Source of the DNA: Thermoflexaceae bacterium
GTDB taxonomy: Bacteria; Chloroflexota; Dehalococcoidia; Tepidiformales; Tepidiformaceae
Length of the DNA: 19,826 nt
Assembly (NCBI GenBank): GCA_031390305.1
Contig: JANMTH010000143.1
Location: 1 to 19,826, forward strand
Direction: 5' to 3'
The notes beneath the pieces were generated by a model that saw nothing but the letters and a program-made list of their open reading frames with translations, did no database searches and was not told the DNA's origin. Position numbers and translations under genes: made by a program. Every line of letters starts with the position of its first letter. The stretch's first letter is position 1. Positions 8,127-14,685 of the stretch are shown here, one piece after another.

Positions 8127-8573
8127 ATGGAGTTCCATATGCCCGAGTACAAGAAGCCCGGCTGGGTGGTCAAGAACGTCCTCAACGGTGCGATCGCGCT
8201 GGCGGCGAAGCTCGGGATCAGCCTGAGCGGCGCGCAGGTGCTTGCCGTCCAGGGCCGGTCCTCCGGTGCCTGGCGCACGACGCCAGTCAACCCGCTCACC
8301 ATGGATGGCGCCCGCTACCTCGTCGCGCCGCGGGGTGAGACGCACTGGGTGCGGAACCTGCGCGCACAGGGAGGTGGCGAACTGCGGCTCGGGCGGAAGC
8401 GCGACGCGATAGTCGTCACGGAATTAGTCGAGGCGGAGAAGCCGCCCATTCTCAAAGCCTACCTCGATCGCTGGGGAGGGATAACGCGTACCCACTTTGG
8501 AGCCTCGGCCAGCCCCGACCAGGCCGAACTGGAACGTCTGGCGGGCCGGTCGCCGGTCTTCCGCATTCGATAG
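8127..8573 (+). CDS. Deazaflavin (F420H2)-dependent oxidoreductase, nitroreductase family (Ddn-like, split-barrel PNPOx-like)
   Basis: ...VLAVQGRSSGAWRTTPVNPLTMDGARYLVAPRGETHWVRNLRAQGGGELRLGRKR matches the TGRKSG-x-R-x-xP...DG...VVAS.GG...P.W..NL block order of the Ddn/Rv3547 family. Start ATG 8127 (MEFHMPEY...) or 8139; no clear SD, possibly a short-leader transcript. The track start 8082 is upstream of the promoter elements. Confidence 0.8.
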   Translation: MEFHMPEYKKPGWVVKNVLNGAIALAAKLGISLSGAQVLAVQGRSSGAWRTTPVNPLTMDGARYLVAPRGETHWVRNLRAQGGGELRLGRKRDAIVVTELVEAEKPPILKAYLDRWGGITRTHFGASASPDQAELERLAGRSPVFRIR

Positions 8574-8606
8574 GCTTCGAAAAGCCGCCGGCCGGGGACG
8601 GCGCGG

Positions 8607-8635
8607 AGAAGCCCCGGCCATGCGCCGGGGCTTCT
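8607..8635. terminator. GC-rich hairpin between convergent genes (possible bidirectional terminator)
   Basis: AGAAGCCCCGGC / CATGC / GCCGGGGCTTCT is a perfect 12-bp stem with a 5-nt loop, lying between the nitroreductase stop (8573) and the flotillin stop (8651). No clean U-tract on either side. Confidence 0.45.
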
Positions 8636-8650
8636 CACGGACGCCGAAGC

Positions 8651-10672
8651 TCAGGCGCGCGGTTCGTTCGCCGGTGGTTGGCCCTGGGCGCCGCCAGGCC
8701 GAGTGAGCATCTGGGCGAGGAAGGCGGAGAAGAGGCCGCCAGCGTCTCCGCCGCCACCCCCACCGCCGCCAACGACGATATCCGGCGTGATCTTCAACCC
8801 CGCGGCCGCGATCGCCTTGGCTACCTCGATACCGAAGAGGTTGGACTGGCCAACCGCCTGCTGCTGCTTGTCGTAGGCCTCGGCCGTCGCTTCACCGATG
8901 GCCCGGATCTTCGTGCCTTCGGCGTTGCCTTCCAGTTCGACCGCGCGGGCACGGCCCTCCGCTTCGATGACCGTCTTCTGACGGTTCTGCTCGGCCACCT
9001 GGACGCCGATCTGGGCCGCGACGAGTTCTATCTGCTTGTCGGCCTGGGCGCGCGTGTTCTCCGTGGCGATGCGCTCCTGCTCCGATTTCTGCTGATCGAC
9101 GAACATCGTCTGCTGCTGGGAAGCGATAACTCGGCGCGTCTGAATCGACATCAGCTCCTGGGGCAGGATGATCTGGGAGATAAGGACGCGGACGAGTTCG
9201 ACGTGGTATCTCTCAAGCTCTTCACGCGCCCGGACTTCGGCCTTCTCCTGTTCGACGGCGCGGTCCTGCATGAAGGCCATGGCTTCGGTTGAAGAAGCCT
9301 GGTTGCGGAACGAGGAGTCGATCATCGGATGGATGACGTGATCCACGAGATTCTCTACCGACCCGATCTTCGCCACCATGAGCGAGGCCTGATCGGGGCG
9401 CACGCGGATGATGACTTTGACGCTGACCTTCATTTCGAAGCCGTCGCGGCTGATCACGGAGAGGGGGTTGAAGAGCTGGACGCGTTTGCCGGAAAGGTCC
9501 GGCTCCGTTTCGGGCCCCAGGGCTTCCTCGGCCCAGTCGACGGTCAGGTTCGTCGTCGGGATCACATACGCGATGTAGGCCCAGCGGTTGAGGTAGTAGA
9601 CGCCCGGGCCAGCGACATCGCGCTGGATGCCGCGGAAGCCCGTCGGAACGACGTACCGTTCCTGGGAGGGCGCGAGCCGGGAGTCAGTATCGACAATCTG
9701 CGGCTCCGGCCCCACGTTCGAAACGAGGACCGCGACTTCGCCGCGTTGGATGACGGCGACAGAGTCGAGCTGGACATCGAACATGAGCGGGTTGATGTAG
9801 TAGGTGCCCGGCTTGATGAGGTCGAACTGGGGGCCGCGCTGTCCGCCGCTGCGGAGGAAGGCTTCGGCGTCCTGGAAGTCGTTATGGGCCTGGACGCGGG
9901 CTGCCACGAGTTCGCCCTGGGGGAGTGGTTGGCCGTCTTTGGCGGTCACGAGGCCGACCTGGTTCGCCTGCACGACCATGGCGGGAAGGACATCGACGTT
10001 GAACATGTCCGTATTCAGGCGGTAGCGGCCGGGGAGGATGAGGTCGATCTGGGGCCCGCGCTGGCCTCCGTTCTGGATGAAGGCTTCGCCGTCCTGGAAG
10101 GCGGTGTGGCCTTCGGTCTTCCGCGCCAGCAGCCGTCCCGGCTCCATCGCCTGGCCATCGCGGGCGGTGATGATCCCGATCCGGTTGGCGGCGACGATCA
10201 GCGCCTTTTCGACGCGGATGCGGAAGAGGTAAGTGTTAATCCGGAACTGGCCCGGCGGGAGGACATCGATCTGGGTGCCTTTCTGGCCACCGTTCCGCAG
10301 GTACATCTCGCCGTCCTGGTAGGTATCGTGGCCGGCAACGCGGCGCGCGAAGATCCGGCCAGCCTCGAGAGCGTGCCCGTCGATCGATTCGACGATCCCG
10401 ACTTCATCCTCGGCGATCACGATCATCGGGCTCTTACGGACGCGAAAGAGGAAGGGGATGAGGAAGTGGAGGCCCGGAGAGAGGACCCTCGCCTGGATGC
10501 CGACTTCGCCCTCCATTGCGATGACGCGGCCTTCAGGGAGGCCTCGGCCGAAGTAGCGCCGTTCGAGAATGCCGACTTCCTGGCCGCCGATGTTGATGAG
10601 CGCACCACTGATGACGATGAGAAGGATGACGGCCAGAACGACGGCCCCGACCACGATCAGAACAATTAGCAT
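8651..10672 (-). CDS. Flotillin-family (SPFH/band-7) membrane protein with an expanded, internally repeated N-terminal region
   Basis: N-terminal TM helix (MLIVLIVVGAVVLAVILLIVISGA). SPFH core (LSVISRDGFEMKVSVKVIIRVRPDQASLMVAKIGSVENLVDHVIHPMIDSSFRNQASSTEAM...). Flotillin C-terminal helical region with EA/EQ-rich heptads (...IEAEGRARAVELEGNAEGTKIRAIGEATAEAYDKQQQAVG...AKAIAAAGLKITPDIVVGGGGGGGG). Start is taken as ATG 10672 (GGAGA 13 nt upstream) rather than GTG 10711. Confidence 0.8.
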   Translation of the reverse strand: MLIVLIVVGAVVLAVILLIVISGALINIGGQEVGILERRYFGRGLPEGRVIAMEGEVGIQARVLSPGLHFLIPFLFRVRKSPMIVIAEDEVGIVESIDGHALEAGRIFARRVAGHDTYQDGEMYLRNGGQKGTQIDVLPPGQFRINTYLFRIRVEKALIVAANRIGIITARDGQAMEPGRLLARKTEGHTAFQDGEAFIQNGGQRGPQIDLILPGRYRLNTDMFNVDVLPAMVVQANQVGLVTAKDGQPLPQGELVAARVQAHNDFQDAEAFLRSGGQRGPQFDLIKPGTYYINPLMFDVQLDSVAVIQRGEVAVLVSNVGPEPQIVDTDSRLAPSQERYVVPTGFRGIQRDVAGPGVYYLNRWAYIAYVIPTTNLTVDWAEEALGPETEPDLSGKRVQLFNPLSVISRDGFEMKVSVKVIIRVRPDQASLMVAKIGSVENLVDHVIHPMIDSSFRNQASSTEAMAFMQDRAVEQEKAEVRAREELERYHVELVRVLISQIILPQELMSIQTRRVIASQQQTMFVDQQKSEQERIATENTRAQADKQIELVAAQIGVQVAEQNRQKTVIEAEGRARAVELEGNAEGTKIRAIGEATAEAYDKQQQAVGQSNLFGIEVAKAIAAAGLKITPDIVVGGGGGGGGDAGGLFSAFLAQMLTRPGGAQGQPPANEPRA
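9512..10423 (-). repeat. Four to five tandem in-frame ~219-222-nt (~73-aa) repeats inside the flotillin CDS
   Basis: Units at approx. 10423-10187, 10186-9968, 9967-9746 and 9745-9527 on the minus strand. Each encodes x-VG-[IV]-[IV]-T-A-x-DGQ...FQDGEAF-x-x-GGQRGPQ-x-DLI-x-PG-x-Y-x-[IL]-N...F-x-V. Units B and C are about 50% identical as protein. A degenerate unit precedes them (IGGQEVGILERRYFGRGLPEGR...). Confidence 0.6.
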
Positions 10673-10814
10673 GAAGCTCGTTAAATCTCCCGCGGGAAGC
10701 CGCCCGCGCACGTCCAGGCCCGGTCGGGCGCCGAGAAGCGCCCTCTACCGATCAATGCCCGAGTATACGCCATTTCGGGAGGTGACGGAGGTACATCTCC
10801 ACGTCTGAGTTACG

Positions 10815-10851
10815 GTTCGCCGTCGTTGGGCGTTGCCGCCCCCGGCGAACC
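10815..10851. promoter_or_regulatory. Perfect 9-bp inverted repeat upstream of the ABM gene
   Basis: GGTTCGCCG (10815-10823) ... CGGCGAACC (10843-10851) with a 19-nt spacer, about 55 bp upstream of the ABM start, in the divergent flotillin/ABM intergenic region. Confidence 0.3.
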
Positions 10852-10904
10852 CACGACGTGTGCAACCCTTGCTCTGGCGGTTCCGGCCATGCACGCTACC
10901 GCGC

Positions 10905-11240
10905 ATGCACTTGCGAGTCGTCCGCGTCACCATCGCTCCCGGGAAGACAGAGGCGTACTGGGCCTGGTCCGCCGAAATCCTGAAGCTCTGGGACGAGGCA
11001 GGCGTCGTGAGGGCCGGAGGGCCGTACGCCACGAAGGGCCCGAGCGGCGAGGACGTGGGCGTCTGGCTGACGGTCCACGAATCAGAGGAGCAGGCCCGGA
11101 AGCAATTTCAGGGACTGTACGAAGCGGGGCGGGGCAAGGAGCTCATCGCCCTTCGGCCGCCGCTGGTGGCCGAGACGACGGGCGGGAGCTTCGCGCCCTG
11201 GGACGGCGCCGGGAGTGCGCCGCTGGCGCCGAGCTGGTGA
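10905..11240 (+). CDS. ABM-domain (antibiotic-biosynthesis-monooxygenase / Dabb-like) small protein
   Basis: MHLRVVRVTIAPGKTEAYWAWSAEILKLWDEAGVVRAGG...VWLTVHESEEQARKQF fits the ferredoxin-like ABM pattern (beta-strand start, W.s.Ea..ah). Start is ATG 10905, not the track start 10833. Stop TGA overlaps the next gene's GTG. Confidence 0.5.
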   Translation: MHLRVVRVTIAPGKTEAYWAWSAEILKLWDEAGVVRAGGPYATKGPSGEDVGVWLTVHESEEQARKQFQGLYEAGRGKELIALRPPLVAETTGGSFAPWDGAGSAPLAPSW

Positions 11241-12016
11241 GCGCGAGCGGGCTTCGCGTCCTCGTGCTCGGTAACAGCAACACGCGGACAGCCGGCGATC
11301 GACACGTGACCTGGCCAGAACACGTCCGTCGCGACGTCCTCGCTCAGGCGGGCGTCGCACTCGAAACTACGGACCGCCCCTTCTATGCCGAGGCGCCAGG
11401 CGCGGCGGAGTACGCGCGGCGACAGGTGGAGAGATTCCAGCCCCAGATCGTGATTGTGGCGGCATCGTGTGTGGCGGTCGCGGCGCCGATGGCCTCGGTC
11501 CGCCTGAAAGAGCGCTTTGGGCGAGCCGCTGACCCGGTGATTCGCGTGGGCGAGATGGTCGATCGGCTTCTCCTCGGAGGCGGACATCCTGGCCGAACGG
11601 CGTACATCGCGCTGCACCGTGCCGTGCAACGCGTCGTTGGTGTGGCGCCAACGACGACGCTGGAGGAACTCGTGTCTTCATACCGCGAGACGTTCCGGGT
11701 GCTGGCGCGGGCCGAGGGCCTTCGGCAGGTGGTGGTGGCCTCGACAACGCGATACGGGAAGAATGCACGCAGGCGCTTCCCCGCCTCAACCGGGATCGTG
11801 GTCGCGTTCAACGAAGAAGTCCGGAAGGCGGCTACCGCCCAGCACTTCGCCTGGGCCGACCGCGACCGCGCCCTGGACGGCGATGGCCACCCCGGACGGG
11901 AGGCGTGCATTGATGTCGATGGGATTCACATGACGGACCTGGGCCAGCGGCGGATGGCGAACGGCGTGCTGGAGGCGCTGCTGCCCGTGCTTGGTTCGGC
12001 CAAAGATCCTGCGTGA
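11237..12016 (+). CDS. SGNH/GDSL-family hydrolase (esterase/lipase-like)
   Basis: N-terminal LRVLVLGNSNT (block I GDS-x-T variant with Ser nucleophile) and C-terminal DGIHMT (catalytic Asp-x-x-His block). Start GTG 11237 overlaps the ABM stop (GTGA). The upstream part of the 396-aa track ORF is out of frame with the ABM gene and rejected. Confidence 0.7.
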   Translation: MSASGLRVLVLGNSNTRTAGDRHVTWPEHVRRDVLAQAGVALETTDRPFYAEAPGAAEYARRQVERFQPQIVIVAASCVAVAAPMASVRLKERFGRAADPVIRVGEMVDRLLLGGGHPGRTAYIALHRAVQRVVGVAPTTTLEELVSSYRETFRVLARAEGLRQVVVASTTRYGKNARRRFPASTGIVVAFNEEVRKAATAQHFAWADRDRALDGDGHPGREACIDVDGIHMTDLGQRRMANGVLEALLPVLGSAKDPA

Positions 12017-12051
12017 GGCTCTCCAGGATGTCGGCCGGCCACACGAGGTCC

Positions 12052-12345
12052 TCACGCGACGCGGCGCGCTTCGCTTTCGATGCCGGAACGGAAGGGTGGT
12101 CTCACGGCCTCGCGGTCCGCGACGTCGATCGGTAGGCCGAGCAGGTCCTCGAGGTAACAGCGCAAGCCCATGAACTGGCGGAACGTCGGAACGCCTTCGA
12201 AATCCACGAGAAGATCGACATCACTTGTTGGGCGCGCTTCGTCGCGCGCCGTCGAACCGAAGAGCGCAATCTCTCGCACACCGAATGCCCGGATCTCGAC
12301 GAGGTGCTCGGCGAGGACCGCGATCACATGGTTTCGACCGTTCAT
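12052..12345 (-). CDS. Minimal nucleotidyltransferase (MNT / Pol-beta superfamily; HepT-MNT-type antitoxin-like), apparently solitary
   Basis: MNGRNHVIAVLAEHLVEIRAFGVREIALFGSTARDEARPTSDVDLLVDFE has the GS-x9-13-D-x-D motif. Start is ATG 12345 (the track ORF from 12450 has an Arg-rich leader). About 98 aa. GC is visibly lower than the left-hand genes. Confidence 0.8.
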   Translation of the reverse strand: MNGRNHVIAVLAEHLVEIRAFGVREIALFGSTARDEARPTSDVDLLVDFEGVPTFRQFMGLRCYLEDLLGLPIDVADREAVRPPFRSGIESEARRVA

Positions 12346-12453
12346 CGTTCGATGATAGTGCGTTGGCGGCGCGACGACGACTCTGGCCAGCCAGCGCGTC
12401 ACCGGCATGGTCCGTCGCTCAGGACCGCGCCGAGACCTCGTCGCTGCCACGAA

Positions 12454-12480
12454 AGAGGGGCCGCTTGCGCGGCCCCCTCT
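12454..12480 (-). terminator. Intrinsic-terminator-like hairpin downstream of the AOR gene
   Basis: AGAGGGGCCGC / TTGC / GCGG(C)CCCCTCT is an 8+3-bp GC stem with one bulged C. On the minus strand it is followed by TCTTTCGT (partial U-tract). It lies between the AOR stop (12507) and the MNT start. Confidence 0.45.
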
Positions 12481-12506
12481 CGTACTGGGTGCTGGTTACC
12501 GTCCGC

Positions 12507-14372
12507 TCAATGGAGGGCGGCGGCGACCTCGGGCAGGCCGATGGCTACGAGCTTCGCCTTCGATGGCTTGCAGGTATCCACGTCCCAATCACAGGCCTTG
12601 AGGAAGTCGGTCTCAAGCAGTTCGGTGTCGAGCTTGACGCCCTGGAGTGGCCCGGAACTCGTGCCTTCGGTGGTCACACCGCTGACGCGCGTGGGTACGG
12701 GCCGCTGCCGTGGGTTACCGCCTTCGCGGACCTCGTAGGCCATGCGCAGGTTCGAGATGCGCTCGCCCACGCCCATGATTTCGTCGAGGTCCATGTCCCA
12801 GCCGGTGACGGCGTTGAACCAGCTCGGGATGTTGGCCGTGTTCGCGGCCATCATGATGAACTGGCACATGCCGCCAGCGTTGACGACGTGCATGTACTCG
12901 CTGGCGCCCTTGTGGTGTTCGCCGCGATTCGCGTAGTCCTTGAAGCTCGTGGGCGCCGGGGGAACCTTCCCGAGGCGCTTGTTGCCTTCGTACTGGGTGT
13001 GGCGGCCCGGCGTCGGATCGAGCTTGTAGGTGGTGTGGTATTCCGGCTGGAGCTTCGGGTCGTGCATCGGGAGCTCCTGGCCGCCGATATGCATGGCGAA
13101 GGCGTCGGCGCCGTGGCCGAGGCGTTCCGCCGCGACCTTTACCCCATCGGCGAAGATATCGCCGATGCCCTTGCGCTGGCCCATGAGGTGGAGCATTTCG
13201 ATGACGGCTTCATCGCCGCCCCACTTCAGTTCGAGGCCGTCGGTGTCTTCACGCGTGATGATCCCGCTTTCGTAGCACTCGATCGCCATGGAGATGGCGA
13301 CGCCGGCGCTGATCACGTCGAAGCCGTACTCGTTGCAGAGGTGGTTCGCATAGATCAGGGCGTCGGGGTCGGCCACCAGGTTCATCGTACCGAAAGCGGC
13401 CATCGCTTCGTACTCGGGACGGTGGGTGTGGCGCGGGTAGGGGTACTTTTCGTTGGTCGATTCGACGGATTCGGCGCCGCAGGCCATCGGGCAGTGCCAG
13501 CAGCCGTACGACTTCTCCATCTTCGGGTTGATCGTCGAACCGCCGTCGATCGCCTTGGCGTTCGGGAAATCGACGATGCCGACGCCGCCCCAGTTCTTCA
13601 CGGGCGAATCGCCGTTGAGGGCGCTGCCGGCGGTGATGCCGGTGGTGCCGAAGGTGTGGAAGAAGTCCTTGAGCGGCTTGATGAAGTCGTCGAGGTTCGC
13701 GCGGAGCATCTTGATCGTCTCCGGCGTCTGGGAAATGATCTTGCGGTCGGCGAGGACGACGACGGATTTGAGGTTCTTCGAGCCCATGACCGCGCCAACG
13801 CCGGAACGGGCGGCGAGGCGGCCATGGTCGTTGCAGACGCCGCTGATGAGGGAGAGCTTTTCGGCGGCCGGACCGATGTTGGCGATGCTCGCCTTCTTGC
13901 CGTGACGCTCCTTGAGGCCTTTTTCGTTCACGATTGCGAGCTGGCCCCATTGGTCGCTGGCATCCTTGAGTTCAACCTTGTCGTTGTCGATGACGAGGTA
14001 GACGGGCTTTTCGGCCTTGCCGAAGAACATGATCCCGTCCCAGCCGGCGAGCTTGAGCTGGCCGCCGAAGTCGCCACCGCAGTTGGCATCGCCCCAGCCA
14101 CCGGTGAGGGGGCTCTTGCAGACGACTTGCCAGCGCTGGCCGAAGAGGGGCGTGCCTGTGAGGAGGCCGGGGAACATGCCGAGCATGTTTTCGGGGCCCA
14201 TTGCGTCGGCGCCGGCCGGGACACGGTCCCAAAGCATGCGGGCGCCGATGCCATAGCCGCCGAGATATTGGCGGTAGAGCGATTCGTCGGGGCGTTCCAC
14301 CGTGATCTCACCGGTGGTGAGATTCACGTTCAGTAGCTTGCCGTTGTAACCCTTTTCTGCGAGGTCAGCCAT
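12507..14372 (-). CDS. aor: Aldehyde:ferredoxin oxidoreductase (tungsten/molybdopterin AOR family)
   Basis: 621 aa. N-terminal GGYGIGARMLWD block, CWHCPMAC (C-x2-C-x3-C [4Fe-4S] ligands), GLD/E-x-x-H-type pterin-binding blocks, typical length. AGGAG about 13 nt upstream of ATG 14372. GC about 60-63% by eye against about 70% to the left. Confidence 0.9.
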   Translation of the reverse strand: MADLAEKGYNGKLLNVNLTTGEITVERPDESLYRQYLGGYGIGARMLWDRVPAGADAMGPENMLGMFPGLLTGTPLFGQRWQVVCKSPLTGGWGDANCGGDFGGQLKLAGWDGIMFFGKAEKPVYLVIDNDKVELKDASDQWGQLAIVNEKGLKERHGKKASIANIGPAAEKLSLISGVCNDHGRLAARSGVGAVMGSKNLKSVVVLADRKIISQTPETIKMLRANLDDFIKPLKDFFHTFGTTGITAGSALNGDSPVKNWGGVGIVDFPNAKAIDGGSTINPKMEKSYGCWHCPMACGAESVESTNEKYPYPRHTHRPEYEAMAAFGTMNLVADPDALIYANHLCNEYGFDVISAGVAISMAIECYESGIITREDTDGLELKWGGDEAVIEMLHLMGQRKGIGDIFADGVKVAAERLGHGADAFAMHIGGQELPMHDPKLQPEYHTTYKLDPTPGRHTQYEGNKRLGKVPPAPTSFKDYANRGEHHKGASEYMHVVNAGGMCQFIMMAANTANIPSWFNAVTGWDMDLDEIMGVGERISNLRMAYEVREGGNPRQRPVPTRVSGVTTEGTSSGPLQGVKLDTELLETDFLKACDWDVDTCKPSKAKLVAIGLPEVAAALH

Positions 14373-14538
14373 GGTCTTGGGTACACTCCTGCGCCGGGCA
14401 TATGGAGGCCCGGGGTTTGCAGTGTCATCCTACGTGAACGGCCGAACATCGCAATATGTCCCGTCCAACATAACGACCTCGGCCGTTGGCTCCGAAGAGT
14501 CCAGCATGGCCTATTTGGTTCACGTCCGACGAACGGTA

Positions 14539-14567
14539 TTGACATCGGATCGGCGCGAGACTATTCT
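14539..14567 (+). promoter_or_regulatory. Sigma70-like promoter candidate for the ABC-transporter operon
   Basis: TTGACA (14539-14544), 17-nt spacer, TATTCT (14562-14567), in a locally AT-richer 314-bp divergent region. Predicted 5'UTR of about 110 nt begins with a small hairpin GCCCGAA-T-TTCGGGGC. Confidence 0.4.
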
Positions 14568-14685
14568 TCGCCCGAATTTCGGGGCCAGCCGTTGCTGTGA
14601 AACTCATCAATTACGTCGAACGCAGCTATCGGTTACACGGAATACTCGACTCCGAACTTCAGCAGCAGCAGGAGGGAACCGTGCC

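Noticed and set aside
11786-12055. 89-aa minus ORF overlapping the MNT stop by GTGA, considered as a possible HepT toxin
   Set aside because: Translation lacks the HEPN R-x4-H-x-Y motif. It lies entirely antisense to the SGNH hydrolase C-terminus, which carries the catalytic DGIH block in frame.
14373-14685. 314-bp AT-richer divergent region checked for tRNA, riboswitch or sRNA
   Set aside because: No T-loop (GGTTCGAATCC-like) or cloverleaf arms, and no recognisable riboswitch core. Interpreted as divergent promoter/5'UTR space. Only a sigma70-like promoter and small hairpins noted.
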